The notes: generated from the sequence alone by a model not told the origin. Counted from the first letter of the stretch, positions 19,390 through 29,570 are shown. The stretch: DNA of 64,000 nucleotides from an uncultured virus (IMG/VR IMGVR_UViG_3300027782_003691) (IMGVR_UViG_3300027782_003691), one strand, 5' to 3'. Made by a program: numbers and translations.

Positions 19390-20657
19390 TATGCATCCTC
19401 CTCGTAATATGCCCATTGCCCAAATGGGGGCTCAATGCTGTCGTTACCATGAATAATAAACACAGTATCACAGTACAATTCATCACCCCAACTACCACAG
19501 GGGTATCCATCTGTAAACATAATATGACGCTTGGGTTCAATTTCTTCACGTTTGAAATAATTAAATACGCAATCAAAATCTGTACCACCTCCGCCTTTAA
19601 TCTCATAGTCACAAATAGTATCCAGGTTATCGCTGTTGTACTGTTGTGGATTGTAAGTTTCAGTGTCAAAGGTTACAATATGAATTCTAAATGCGGGGAA
19701 CGAATCCATAATGCCCTGTACTTCACCCAAGAAGTCTTTAAGCATTTTATGACTGATTGATCCAGATGCGTCAATGCTAATAGCAATATCAATCATAGGA
19801 TCTAGTTTCATACCCGGCATTACTGCATCCATATCCCAACCTTTACGGCTAGTGCGCATCCAAGTAAAATCCGATTTAATAGTAGACTCAAGTTGCATAC
19901 GGATTAGCTCACGCCAATTCATCTTGGGTTCAGTTAAATCCTGGATCATCCGTCGAATACCTGCTGGAATATTACCTGCATCGTTTGTGGCTGCGGCCGC
20001 AGATAACACAGCTTCCTTGATTTCATCGCGGATAGCGTCTTTCTCAGCTTGGGTCAGTTTCTTCGGACCCTTACCATCTTCACCAGAACCGTCACCGGAA
20101 CCTTCGCCATCTAAGTGATCGTCCAGTAATTGATCAATTAGGTCTTGCAGATTAATCTTCTTAACGTTCTTGTATAAGATATCATATACTTCTTCGGCAC
20201 ACATACCATCGTACTTGGGATCGTATAAGCAGGGTACTGTGGTGATCTTTTCGCCTACACGGTGTTTGATCAAGTCAGAGTTTACACAATAGTCATCTGC
20301 AATGTTCCATAATTGTGGATCACGGTCAGCTCGCCGACCCATGTGATCGTATACACAATGCAACACTTCGTGCCCAAATAAGAATTCAATTTCCTTGGGA
20401 CGCAACATATCAATGAAGCGGCTATTGTAGTAAAAGTTACGCCCATCTGTAGCAGCAGTCGTAAGCCATTCATCTGCGTTCACCAGTTTAAGGCGAGTAG
20501 CTAGGTTGCCAAAAAAGCTGGCACGTAATAGTAGTCCAACCCGTGCTGTAATAAGTTTTTCACGGACTAGTGAATCCAATTTGGGATCCATAGGTCCCAA
20601 TAGGTCTTTAAATTTGTCACTTTCTTGTTTATTTGTGGTAGTTCCTGACGTAGCCAT
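19389..20657 (-). CDS. DUF2201-type metallopeptidase plus VWA domain protein
   Basis: HEVLH zinc motif; DASGS MIDAS, GGGGTDF, FTDG. Confidence 0.88.
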   Translation of the reverse strand: MATSGTTTNKQESDKFKDLLGPMDPKLDSLVREKLITARVGLLLRASFFGNLATRLKLVNADEWLTTAATDGRNFYYNSRFIDMLRPKEIEFLFGHEVLHCVYDHMGRRADRDPQLWNIADDYCVNSDLIKHRVGEKITTVPCLYDPKYDGMCAEEVYDILYKNVKKINLQDLIDQLLDDHLDGEGSGDGSGEDGKGPKKLTQAEKDAIRDEIKEAVLSAAAATNDAGNIPAGIRRMIQDLTEPKMNWRELIRMQLESTIKSDFTWMRTSRKGWDMDAVMPGMKLDPMIDIAISIDASGSISHKMLKDFLGEVQGIMDSFPAFRIHIVTFDTETYNPQQYNSDNLDTICDYEIKGGGGTDFDCVFNYFKREEIEPKRHIMFTDGYPCGSWGDELYCDTVFIIHGNDSIEPPFGQWAYYEEDA

Positions 20658-20686
20658 ATGCTATCCTTTAGCGTTAGTATACATGT

Positions 20687-20715
20687 ATTATATTATTTTG
20701 CGATTTAATTGTCAA
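20687..20715 (-). promoter_or_regulatory. sigma70-type promoter
   Basis: TTGACA-17-TATAAT. Confidence 0.8.
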
Positions 20716-20999
20716 CTGACAAATTTTAAACGGAACAACATTAATTCTTCGTCACCACGTAGGTAAATTCGACGCCGATTATTTTCCGAATCCCACACCC
20801 AATGTGGATTATTGTATTCAGATAGGTACATTTCGAGAGATGGCCCCCAAGTTGCCCAACACCATGATCTAAGAGTAATAAAACTTCTATCATATGTTAC
20901 CTGCATGGGACTTGGTGGCTCCCATACGGGGTCAATAGCGTATTTAAAATCGTTGTACCCTTTAAATCTTCGATCCAACTTTGTAACTTCATATGACAT
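20712..20999 (-). CDS. hypothetical protein (F-x-L-K family)
   Basis: WCWATWG...LMLFRLKF. Confidence 0.6.
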   Translation of the reverse strand: MSYEVTKLDRRFKGYNDFKYAIDPVWEPPSPMQVTYDRSFITLRSWCWATWGPSLEMYLSEYNNPHWVWDSENNRRRIYLRGDEELMLFRLKFVS

Positions 21000-21002
21000 A
21001 AT

Positions 21003-21278
21003 TTAATCTTCTATATTGATATATTTGAGCATAAACCAGGATTGGTTTGCTTCGTTAAAAAAATCAAGATGAACTTGTGTTTGATAATGACATATATCAC
21101 TGTTATGGTACTGTTTGAGTTCTTTGTGATACCTAACAGTAAATCCAAGCTCACGTTTAAGTCTCCAGGAGATAGCAAATATAGTTTGCCCGTAATTTTG
21201 TTTGATCTTCTCTCGAACATATGCCCAATCTCCAACACTTTCGAAGATAATAAGATTCGATTTAACTTTAATTTTCAT
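21003..21278 (-). CDS. hypothetical protein (F-x-L-K family)
   Basis: Ends SWFMLKY. Confidence 0.6.
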   Translation of the reverse strand: MKIKVKSNLIIFESVGDWAYVREKIKQNYGQTIFAISWRLKRELGFTVRYHKELKQYHNSDICHYQTQVHLDFFNEANQSWFMLKYINIED

Positions 21279-21550
21279 TATTTGCTATGTTTTAGTAAAA
21301 AAATAAGATGCTTTTGTTCATCTACAATAGTGTATGTTGGTAAAGTAAAGCCTTGCGCATCTGCTTCCATTTCAACTCCATATACATCACGCATGTATTG
21401 TTTGAAGCTAGGCAAAGTGGGATCATATGGGTTATGTGCTAGCATATTGTGGTATTCAACCTTGGCAGATTTTAACCGTAGCCAATAAGCATTTCTACCC
21501 ATTACAGTATCTAATCTTGCCGCCGCGGAGTTATAGAAATCGTCTTTCAT
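21278..21550 (-). CDS. hypothetical protein (F-x-L-K family)
   Basis: Ends LIFLLKH. Confidence 0.6.
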   Translation of the reverse strand: MKDDFYNSAAARLDTVMGRNAYWLRLKSAKVEYHNMLAHNPYDPTLPSFKQYMRDVYGVEMEADAQGFTLPTYTIVDEQKHLIFLLKHSK

Positions 21551-21945
21551 AAAAGCAATACGCCAGTCTTATCCCTTGGATAAGGCGATGGCCGCCATCC
21601 TAGCCGAGCAAGATCCGCTAGGATTTCATCAGTGACCTCACCCTCCGGGACATATTTGTGCGCTCTGTGATCGGCTGGTAGATCGTCTCCAACAATTCCG
21701 CTACAATACCAGTCCATATAACCCTCTCCGCAATCACGCAGATCGGCGACAATTCCACCGGCACTACGCCAGCTACATGACCAGTATTCATCTTTGAGTA
21801 CACTCCACACTTCGTGTGGTTGCCAGCGCATGTTACACATGGCGGCGTATAAATTCTGTGCGTATACCTCGTCCTGTACCTTAGCCATTATCGCAGGATC
21901 ATTCTTTATATCTTCTTCTAAATCTCGAATCATCACGGCCCCCAT
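21547..21945 (-). CDS. hypothetical protein
   Basis: Coupled ORF, YAQNLYAAMCN...WSCSWRSAGG...YMDWYCSG. Confidence 0.65.
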   Translation of the reverse strand: MGAVMIRDLEEDIKNDPAIMAKVQDEVYAQNLYAAMCNMRWQPHEVWSVLKDEYWSCSWRSAGGIVADLRDCGEGYMDWYCSGIVGDDLPADHRAHKYVPEGEVTDEILADLARLGWRPSPYPRDKTGVLLL

Positions 21946-22178
21946 TTCATTAAAAAGTTTAAACGATCAAAATCATTTTCAAATACCAGCACCATACCTT
22001 CCAGATGTTCAATACCCCGCGGTAATCGTTCCTGCATCCAGTTCATTATTTCTCTTTCGTTATCTGCCCACCACATGTAATCAACCACCAGCAGACATTT
22101 ATCTGAGTCCATGGGGTTATTCATAAGTTGAAACCTATTGGTGCTTAACCGAGCTGATGGATCCAGTCTTTGTATCAT
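21933..22178 (-). CDS. hypothetical protein (F-x-L-K family)
   Basis: Ends LNFLMKW. Confidence 0.6.
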   Translation of the reverse strand: MIQRLDPSARLSTNRFQLMNNPMDSDKCLLVVDYMWWADNEREIMNWMQERLPRGIEHLEGMVLVFENDFDRLNFLMKWGP

Positions 22179-22435
22179 TCTTGAAACTTTAACCTAAACC
22201 AAGCAAACTCTTCATCATTTCGTAAGTAAAACATATACGTTAGGTATCTAAGAACATACCCCCATCGTATTTCTTTATCGACACCGTCCAGAGATTCTAA
22301 TTTGTCAATATCAACTCCGTACCCATAACTTTCTACCAACCATTTCCGTGTATTATGGAAATCTATCATGGTGAGAACTTGTATACCATATTTAAAGTGT
22401 CTATGGTCTTTTGTACGGTGAAACGTGTATTTCAT
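22175..22435 (-). CDS. hypothetical protein (F-x-L-K family)
   Basis: Ends AWFRLKF. Confidence 0.6.
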   Translation of the reverse strand: MKYTFHRTKDHRHFKYGIQVLTMIDFHNTRKWLVESYGYGVDIDKLESLDGVDKEIRWGYVLRYLTYMFYLRNDEEFAWFRLKFQE

Positions 22436-23190
22436 TACAGATCAATTTTGTTAGCGTTGTTTATGGCAACATTGGTTTCTGATGGAAGGAATATCCAGTT
22501 ATCATGCGTATGCGTGTATGCTACATATTTCATATTCTTAAAGATTTGTTTTACTCTATCAGTATCAGTCTTATACATTTCTAAAAAGCAAATAGGACGA
22601 TGTTTTGTCAGTGTTTCAATGCCTCCAACTAACGCCATGTGCTCCATTCCTTCAATATCCATTTTGATAAAGTCAACAGCTTCATCAAAGCTATCTATTG
22701 TAACGCAATTAACTGTTTCACTGCCAGTTTTGGTCATGTATTGATTGTCTGAGATACGGGGCGCCATCAACTCCAATCCACCAAAGTTATTGGGCAGATG
22801 ATAGTCAGGCAAGTCAATTTTGATAGTATTATCGCTATCATCACAAACCGCAGCATGTACGCACTCAACATTTGTAAGTCCATTAATGGCTACATTGCCA
22901 CATAACATATAATAAACCTGTCGTTGTGCTTCAAATGATCTAATGGAGATCTTATCTCCAAAAAGTTTTGACATTGCCACAGTATGCGTACCGATATTTG
23001 CGCCAATGTCATAAAATTTAATACAGGACTTTTCCAAAAGTAGTACATCTATAATTGACTTGATTAGGTCAATTTCATCTTGCCCCCAAAAACCAGATTG
23101 CTCAATACTACGTCCAATATATTGATCATTAGCATTAATAATCATAGGGCCGTATGTGGAATTAACTACTTTAGTGGGTATTAAGTTCAT
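22435..23190 (-). CDS. FkbM family methyltransferase
   Basis: YDIGANIG, SFEAQ, FIKMDIEGME. Confidence 0.9.
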   Translation of the reverse strand: MNLIPTKVVNSTYGPMIINANDQYIGRSIEQSGFWGQDEIDLIKSIIDVLLLEKSCIKFYDIGANIGTHTVAMSKLFGDKISIRSFEAQRQVYYMLCGNVAINGLTNVECVHAAVCDDSDNTIKIDLPDYHLPNNFGGLELMAPRISDNQYMTKTGSETVNCVTIDSFDEAVDFIKMDIEGMEHMALVGGIETLTKHRPICFLEMYKTDTDRVKQIFKNMKYVAYTHTHDNWIFLPSETNVAINNANKIDL

Positions 23191-23256
23191 GTTTTCTTTA
23201 TAATAAGTTGGTGGGCTGTGAGAACACAGCCCTGTACTACCGCACAGCCGTTACGC

Positions 23257-24342
23257 CTAAGCTGAAGCGTTAAGAATGTACCTTCCGTATTTCTTATGGA
23301 ACTCGTCGAAATTCTTCAACTTAGTTGGTTGGAATGGTAAGTCATATACGGTAAGAGCTATACGAGCACCCATAATAACCAGTTCTTGTTCAAAGTTCTT
23401 CATCATGTAGGCAAAGAAGTGATCGGACATTGTGTGAAACTCTTTGTCACTTACTTTCTTCTCCATTGCATCTTTCAACTCGTAACACATAGAAATAACC
23501 AATGAGTACATAGCTGAAATTTCCTTAACATCAAGGGTTGTAACTTTACCTGACAAGATATCTTCAGGCTTGGGCATACGACCAGAAATCTTACGGTGAG
23601 CGTTAAACTTAATAGCAAGTCCTTCCCCAACTGTACCTGAAATCAGGTTAAGCAATGTTTCTTCATCACCATCTTCATCTGACAATAGTTCACTTACAAA
23701 GAACCAGCTACGTGGAGTAGGGAAAGCACGGCTAGCTGATTTAATATCACGCTCATGCAGATCCTGTTTGTTGGAACCTAGGAAACCAATAACATCTTTA
23801 TGGATGTTATGCATAACTGCCCAATCTTGCCAGGAATCGAAATCCACCTTTAATTCTTGATGCAGGAAACGATTTGACAACGGAGTAGGCATGCGGTAAG
23901 TAACACCTTTGTCACTTTCGCGGTTACCAGCAGCTACCATAACAACATTCTTTGGCAGTTTATATTTGCCCACACGTCGATTAAGAATCAACTGATATGC
24001 AGCTGATTGTACGCTAGGCGGAGCAGAGTTCATCTCGTCCAAGAACAATACGATGATAGGATATTGTTCTGCTAATTCCTCGTCGGGCAAATCAATTGGC
24101 GGAGCCCAATCCATTTTACCATTGTCGCGATTATAAAACGGGATACCACGAATATCTGTTGGTTCCATTTGACCTAAGCGTAGGTCAATCATATACCCGC
24201 CCAATTCTGCGGTGATATCGGCTACCAATTCTGATTTACCGATACCAGGAGGTCCCCACAAGAACAGTGGGCGTTGATGTTTAAAAGCCTTGAGCAATGA
24301 GCGGCGGGCTTGGACTGTTGTTACTTGTCGAGATTCTGACAT
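23257..24342 (-). CDS. MoxR/AAA_5-type AAA+ ATPase
   Basis: GPPGIGKS Walker A, LFLDE Walker B, AAGN sensor, PTPRSW. Confidence 0.9.
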   Translation of the reverse strand: MSESRQVTTVQARRSLLKAFKHQRPLFLWGPPGIGKSELVADITAELGGYMIDLRLGQMEPTDIRGIPFYNRDNGKMDWAPPIDLPDEELAEQYPIIVLFLDEMNSAPPSVQSAAYQLILNRRVGKYKLPKNVVMVAAGNRESDKGVTYRMPTPLSNRFLHQELKVDFDSWQDWAVMHNIHKDVIGFLGSNKQDLHERDIKSASRAFPTPRSWFFVSELLSDEDGDEETLLNLISGTVGEGLAIKFNAHRKISGRMPKPEDILSGKVTTLDVKEISAMYSLVISMCYELKDAMEKKVSDKEFHTMSDHFFAYMMKNFEQELVIMGARIALTVYDLPFQPTKLKNFDEFHKKYGRYILNASA

Positions 24343-24403
24343 TGGCTGTATTTCCTTAAAAAGTTTAGACTACAAAAATTAACTAATTTACTAGTGTAAA
24401 GCT

Positions 24404-24432
24404 ATTATAATTTACGACTTTTTAATTGTCAA
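24404..24432 (-). promoter_or_regulatory. sigma70-type promoter
   Basis: TTGACA-17-TATAAT. Confidence 0.8.
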
Positions 24433-24446
24433 CAACAAAATGTCAG

Positions 24447-24611
24447 TTATCTACCACGTCCGGCGGATCTAGTGGGAGGTTTTTTGCCCGGAGTCATCGC
24501 GGGTGCCTTTTTGGCTTTCTTTTCCACTACGGGGGTACCATCGGGTTCCATGTGATGGATGCCACGTTTCTTGTCCAATGCTTGTTTAAGTAAGTCTGAT
24601 GTTTTGCTCAT
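24447..24611 (-). CDS. small basic hypothetical protein (54 aa)
   Basis: Below track cutoff; MSKTSDLLKQALDKK...PPTRSAGRGR, start overlaps upstream stop. Confidence 0.6.
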   Translation of the reverse strand: MSKTSDLLKQALDKKRGIHHMEPDGTPVVEKKAKKAPAMTPGKKPPTRSAGRGR

Positions 24612-25513
24612 TTTTGTTCCTTTACTTTTTGTTTGGTATGATAAGCCACGGCTCCGATACTACTACTTGGATCACCTGGATTAGGTAGTGTCCACACTTT
24701 TGCGTAGTCAATCATTTTTCTAGCACCCCGATTCATAGCACATCCACCCATGAATACTAAGTTATCGGAATTGATAAACCATCGGGCCATGCCGACTATC
24801 CCACTTATCTCTTCCTCAAATACTCTCTGTACCGCAGCCGCTATATCTTTGATATCTTGTTCGTCTTCGATTTCATATGGCCAATCTCTAACACCACGAT
24901 GTAAATTTCGGGTAAGTATAAGATCGCTTCCTATGTAATCTTTCACTGTGTCATAGTATTGCGCAGGGTCACCTTCGGCGCTTAACTTTTCTAATTTGCC
25001 TTCGTCTTGTACAGGCGTGAATCCGCATAGGTGGGTAAAGGCACTATAGAACAGTCCTAGACTATTTGGGTAACTGCGACTCCATACTTTCTTTAGTTGA
25101 TTGTCACTACCATGCCAGATCGTTGCTGACTCAAACTCACCTATTGCATCCAATACTATCACCGCGCATTCGTCATATGGGCTTGTGTAGTATCCAGCAG
25201 CAGCATGACTAGCATGATGCGGAGTGTATGTAACTGGAATATGTCCTAAATCCCACTTAGCAAGTTGAAATCTTGGAATTGTTGATGTATCAAATGCCGT
25301 TTTATATTGCCCAGCATAAAGTTGTCTAGCTTTCTTTATCCAAGGCCGTTCATACCAAAAAATATGATCTGGTTCGCCGTGTTTACGAAACAAATCATGT
25401 ATTTCTCCGATACTTAGTGTATCACTATTATATGTGTATTGTGTATATGTATTGTCGTTAAAAACGGCAATACTACTACCATGATTAAGAGCGTTGATTC
25501 CCCAGTATTTCAT
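24608..25513 (-). CDS. carbamoyltransferase (NodU/CmcH) N-terminal Kae1-like domain only
   Basis: HHASHAA, LDAIGE, SLGLFYS, GGCAMN, PGD..SSIGA. Confidence 0.85.
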   Translation of the reverse strand: MKYWGINALNHGSSIAVFNDNTYTQYTYNSDTLSIGEIHDLFRKHGEPDHIFWYERPWIKKARQLYAGQYKTAFDTSTIPRFQLAKWDLGHIPVTYTPHHASHAAAGYYTSPYDECAVIVLDAIGEFESATIWHGSDNQLKKVWSRSYPNSLGLFYSAFTHLCGFTPVQDEGKLEKLSAEGDPAQYYDTVKDYIGSDLILTRNLHRGVRDWPYEIEDEQDIKDIAAAVQRVFEEEISGIVGMARWFINSDNLVFMGGCAMNRGARKMIDYAKVWTLPNPGDPSSSIGAVAYHTKQKVKEQK

Positions 25514-25623
25514 TTGTAAATAAACGGATCTTGGTCTCGTAATTCTTTAAGCCGTTTCTTAAATGCTTGTTTTTCTTTGTATCTATGATATGGCGTTAAC
25601 AGCCAATTGATAAGTTTTCTCAT
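25510..25623 (-). CDS. small hypothetical protein (37 aa)
   Basis: MRKLINWLLTPY...ELRDQDPFIYK, coupled to carbamoyltransferase start. Confidence 0.55.
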   Translation of the reverse strand: MRKLINWLLTPYHRYKEKQAFKKRLKELRDQDPFIYK

Positions 25624-25640
25624 ATACTACCTTTTTTTAA

Positions 25641-25716
25641 TGGCTGGCCAGGGTGGGCACGATCCACCGACCCACAGATTAACAGTCTGTTGCTCTACCA
25701 ACTGAGCTACTGGCCA
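25641..25716 (-). tRNA. tRNA-Asn(GTT)
   Basis: Cloverleaf, loop CT-GTT-AA, encoded CCA; T-loop ATCGTGC. Confidence 0.92.
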
Positions 25717-25733
25717 ATTGTACTACTAAAACT

Positions 25734-25808
25734 TGGTGCCCAGTGAGAGAATCGAACTCCCGATATCCTCATTACAAGTGAGGCGCATTACCACTCTGCT
25801 AACTGGGC
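25734..25808 (-). tRNA. tRNA-Thr(TGT)
   Basis: Cloverleaf, CT-TGT-AA, CCA. Confidence 0.95.
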
Positions 25809-25824
25809 ATTAACTACTTTAACT

Positions 25825-25853
25825 ATTATACTATAAAATAAAAACAGAGTCAA
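25825..25853 (-). promoter_or_regulatory. sigma70-type promoter for tRNA-Thr/Asn
   Basis: TTGACT-17-TATAAT. Confidence 0.75.
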
Positions 25854-25870
25854 CCGTTAGATTGACTCTG
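25837..25870 (-). terminator. intrinsic terminator overlapping the tRNA promoter -35
   Basis: CAGAGTCAA-loop-TTGACTCTG followed by TTTTTATTTT. Confidence 0.7.
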
Positions 25871-25886
25871 CCGGCTCCACCACCTC

Positions 25887-26102
25887 TTACGAGGACACTA
25901 CGGGTACTGCTTCGACGAACCCTTTACGTGATTTAACCATACGAATATGATTTTTAATTTTAGCTTTGTCTTTGGGACGACTTGACTTGCTTAATAATTC
26001 TTCCAACTGATGTATACCCAATGGACCTAACCGAGTTTTACCTGTTTTGGTTTTCATTGGATCTGCTATTTGATTTCTTTGATTGCCGCCTTTCGCTGCC
26101 AT
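25887..26102 (-). CDS. small basic hypothetical protein
   Basis: 71 aa, AAGGA SD. Confidence 0.65.
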   Translation of the reverse strand: MAAKGGNQRNQIADPMKTKTGKTRLGPLGIHQLEELLSKSSRPKDKAKIKNHIRMVKSRKGFVEAVPVVSS

Positions 26103-26146
26103 GTTATTTCCTTGTTGTAATTATTTATATTGCAAAGTTACGATGA

Positions 26147-27103
26147 TTAAATTTCTTTTGGCAACAACATATCTAATAAATTATCTATCGTAATGACCAT
26201 ATATGATTTATCATCATTATAAAAATCATTGTTGCACAATTCATTATAACCTGGTAAATTTTCAAATCCCATGAATTTTGGTCTAATTTCCATATCAGGC
26301 CAAATTTTATATAGTATAAATGATTTAATTGAATGTATGTTCATCCATCCATGTGGCCCCATTAGCGCCTTTTCATATTTGATCCAATGTTGTATATCAG
26401 CATCTAATAACCAAGCTAGTAACAATTCCGGGGTATAGCAAAAGAATCTGGTAAGGTTAATTGATTCCCTAGCTGATAATTCATATGCCGATAATGCCGA
26501 ACCTGAGAAAGATTTTCCTGCGTATACTCCGTATTGAATTGGGCCTGGCTGATTGTACTTTCTATATGCATCGATAACCAGGTCTCCATTGCCAGTAACA
26601 CAATAATAATCGTCACAAAATTGTTCGATCATCATAATTATATTGAGAAACACCATGGAAACTTTATAGTATGGCTCAGCGGGATTATTTGTCAACCGTA
26701 TCTCTTTTAATCTAGTTATCAAATCAATAAAATTAATGTCTATAGTGTGTACTGTAAGGTTATATTTTTTAATAAATGACATCGCATATACGGTGTCATG
26801 TTCATTTATAATTTTACCATCATGTGTGATATTTGTGGTAGCTACTTCAAATGGTACCCCGGCTTCCAAGAATGATCTTGCCGTTACTTCCGAGTCTACC
26901 CCACCAGATAAGAATAATAGAATTGGTTTGTCAGCAGCCTCACCGATCAATCTAGCCGACCTAATGCACTCAGTTTTGAAAGATGTTGGAATGTAATCTG
27001 CTTGCCCAAATTCTACCCATAGTTGTTTGTCTTTATCGTTAAAATTATAAACACCATCGCCCCATCCAAATTTTAGATGATTGTTGTGTGAAAATATCGG
27101 CAT
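26147..27103 (-). CDS. PP-loop protein, paralog of 13247-14164
   Basis: HNNHL N-terminus, LFLSGGVDSE, YTPELL. Confidence 0.7.
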   Translation of the reverse strand: MPIFSHNNHLKFGWGDGVYNFNDKDKQLWVEFGQADYIPTSFKTECIRSARLIGEAADKPILLFLSGGVDSEVTARSFLEAGVPFEVATTNITHDGKIINEHDTVYAMSFIKKYNLTVHTIDINFIDLITRLKEIRLTNNPAEPYYKVSMVFLNIIMMIEQFCDDYYCVTGNGDLVIDAYRKYNQPGPIQYGVYAGKSFSGSALSAYELSARESINLTRFFCYTPELLLAWLLDADIQHWIKYEKALMGPHGWMNIHSIKSFILYKIWPDMEIRPKFMGFENLPGYNELCNNDFYNDDKSYMVITIDNLLDMLLPKEI

Positions 27104-27129
27104 ACTATAATTTCCTTTTTGTTTTCTAT

Positions 27130-27765
27130 TTATAATGCTGTTATTTCGTCTAATGTTTTATCTAACGCCACTGTAACTATTAATCTAGGTTGTCCACTTG
27201 TATAGATTGTGTGAGCGCAGTCGGTGCGCACAAACGCACTAGGAGTTAGCAGATTTGTAACTTCTTCTGAGGGTTTACCTAAAAATTCCCATCGTTCATC
27301 AGGTGTAGTTCCAGGTATGGCTTTACTTACATAAGACTTTCCTGTGATAGTGGTAAAAGGATGATTAATTAATCGCTCATCTCCCCATCGCATTGTATCC
27401 CACCATACCATGTTATCCTCTGGGTTTCCTAAGACCATTACATTGAACCTAGATTTAATTTTAAAAATATTACCATTGTTAAATTTCGCATCAATGTGTG
27501 GATTACCCTTGACTACTTCTCTTGTGTTGCTGAGAAATACATTTATGCCATAGTAGCTAGTATCACAATTATATCCTAATAAAAAAGACCTTAATTCTCT
27601 ACCGGGTAAACTTGCTTGCCATTCTGCTTGACTTTTGGGATCACTTTGTGTGATATCTAGATCATGAAAAAAGATATCATTATACCTATGCTGATATCTA
27701 TGTAATATCCAAGTTATTGCTGCGTTGCTGAACTTAAATTCTGTTTTGTGATAAAAATTACTCAT
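27130..27765 (-). CDS. 2OG-Fe(II) oxygenase/cupin-like protein
   Basis: PHID...RFN...AHTI...PRL. Confidence 0.55.
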   Translation of the reverse strand: MSNFYHKTEFKFSNAAITWILHRYQHRYNDIFFHDLDITQSDPKSQAEWQASLPGRELRSFLLGYNCDTSYYGINVFLSNTREVVKGNPHIDAKFNNGNIFKIKSRFNVMVLGNPEDNMVWWDTMRWGDERLINHPFTTITGKSYVSKAIPGTTPDERWEFLGKPSEEVTNLLTPSAFVRTDCAHTIYTSGQPRLIVTVALDKTLDEITAL

Positions 27766-28373
27766 TTTTTCCAATAGGCGCTGAGGTCTTCTGGCATGGT
27801 ATGAATAGACCGATCCATTAGTAAATTGATATTATCATAACTATCATTGCCAGTCCACGGCGCACCTAATGCTAATGTAACTTTGACTTCGTTGGAAGTG
27901 TTAATCATGCCATGCGGCCAACCACCATCCATAATAAATGATCCTTCAATATTAGGAGCATGGACATTTCCTTTATCTGTTATGAAGTAAAGAGTGTCGG
28001 TTCTGCCTTGTAATACAATTCTAAATTTATGTTGTCTAGTGTTTAATTCATGTGGATCACAATCTATGTGTTCATAGTTTGAAAAATTTGATTGTGTAAT
28101 CAAAGCCATAACTCTAGCCTTAGTGCCCAACCAGGGAAACACACAGTCATCAAACCAATCCATAATAATCTTAGGAGCATGATCATTCCATTTGAATTCT
28201 CCAGGAATGCTGTTAGATGCTATCATGCCGCCTTTGCTCATAAGTGGAATCATTAGGGTATTACGGTAGTCATCCCAAAAGCTAAATTTTTTAGGAATAG
28301 CTAGAATTTCCGCGGCAGCAGTAATTTTATCCAATACTGGAAAATTTACTTCAGCAAACATTATGTTATCCAC
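27762..28373 (-). CDS. aspartyl/asparaginyl beta-hydroxylase-like oxygenase
   Basis: EHID...PHGMINTSNEVK. Confidence 0.65.
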   Translation of the reverse strand: MDNIMFAEVNFPVLDKITAAAEILAIPKKFSFWDDYRNTLMIPLMSKGGMIASNSIPGEFKWNDHAPKIIMDWFDDCVFPWLGTKARVMALITQSNFSNYEHIDCDPHELNTRQHKFRIVLQGRTDTLYFITDKGNVHAPNIEGSFIMDGGWPHGMINTSNEVKVTLALGAPWTGNDSYDNINLLMDRSIHTMPEDLSAYWKK

Positions 28374-28960
28374 TAGTCTTTTCCACTGGTTAATAATAAA
28401 TGAACTCGATACTTGGATGAATCGTTATAAAATGCGTGCTCAATGGCATTTGGATTTAAATACCAAACCTTTTCATCAGCCGCCATATGTAATTTGTATT
28501 TCTCTTCACCCTTGTTTAGTATCCAATAACACTCTTCATTGGTAATCAGTGGAATATGGTATCTTGATGTAGTATGAGTATCACGATGTGGAGCCAATGC
28601 TCTTCCTGCCCCGATACAATTTATCTGGCAACGCCCTTGGAATGTTCCCTCGTGTTGTGTATAAATGTCCTTGATCACTTGCCCTATGTACAAATCTTCT
28701 GTTTCGGATAATAGTTCAATGAAATCAGTTTCATCAATTCCTATTTGTTTAAGTGCGTGGTGTGAAGCCGAATAATTTTCCCATCTAGCTGTACCCGTTA
28801 GCCCAGGTAAATGTGTGAGATTAATGGCAAAGTGCGACGTATCATTGTAGACTATACTTAATCTATGCAATAGTACATCAAAGCTATTATCTAATTTTTC
28901 CCGGTCTATAGTATAATTTATGGGATAACAATACGGTGCTAGTGAGTCAACGGTATTCAT
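28373..28960 (-). CDS. aspartyl/asparaginyl beta-hydroxylase-like oxygenase
   Basis: PHRD...RYHIPLITN...HAFYN...RVHL. Confidence 0.8.
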   Translation of the reverse strand: MNTVDSLAPYCYPINYTIDREKLDNSFDVLLHRLSIVYNDTSHFAINLTHLPGLTGTARWENYSASHHALKQIGIDETDFIELLSETEDLYIGQVIKDIYTQHEGTFQGRCQINCIGAGRALAPHRDTHTTSRYHIPLITNEECYWILNKGEEKYKLHMAADEKVWYLNPNAIEHAFYNDSSKYRVHLLLTSGKD

Positions 28961-29003
28961 GTTGATATTTATATTTAATATTTTGACATATAATAAATAC
29001 CAT

Positions 29004-29570
29004 ATGAGACATTATAAGCCAATAACTGGGCTCAATATTCCTGTAGCACAAATTTTAGATATTATTACACTGGGTAATCCAGAGCTTGAACGAGTCGAGC
29101 CGTTAGATAAGCCCACTCAAGAAATAATAGCTAAAATGCTAAACATTGACCCAACCAGATGCGAGGGTTATAAGATAATGCTGGTATATATTCCGGCCGG
29201 CAAAAAATTATGGATACATTCAGATAAACCAACTGAAACTATGGATCGTAACAAATTGGCACAAGCTGTATTTTTGCCATTAACCAGTTGCAAAAATTTA
29301 TATTGGTCTTGGTTTGAGTGTATAGATCCTTCGAAAATATTTTATCATGGGCAAGGCAACAAGTGGCAAACCGTACCAATGCTACCATATGATGCCGCTA
29401 AAGAAATAGAAACAGTTGCCGCAGATAACGCTATGGTAACCGACATTGCAACATGGCATTCTTTAAGAAATGAAAGTGATACTCCGGCAATTGCTTTGAG
29501 TTTCAGGTTAGTGCCCTGGAGTTGGGAAGAATTTTCTACTTGTGTAGACTTACCTCCTATTAATTTATGA
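29004..29570 (+). CDS. 2OG-Fe(II) oxygenase/cupin-like protein
   Basis: IHSD...WHSLRN...LSFR. Confidence 0.65.
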   Translation: MRHYKPITGLNIPVAQILDIITLGNPELERVEPLDKPTQEIIAKMLNIDPTRCEGYKIMLVYIPAGKKLWIHSDKPTETMDRNKLAQAVFLPLTSCKNLYWSWFECIDPSKIFYHGQGNKWQTVPMLPYDAAKEIETVAADNAMVTDIATWHSLRNESDTPAIALSFRLVPWSWEEFSTCVDLPPINL

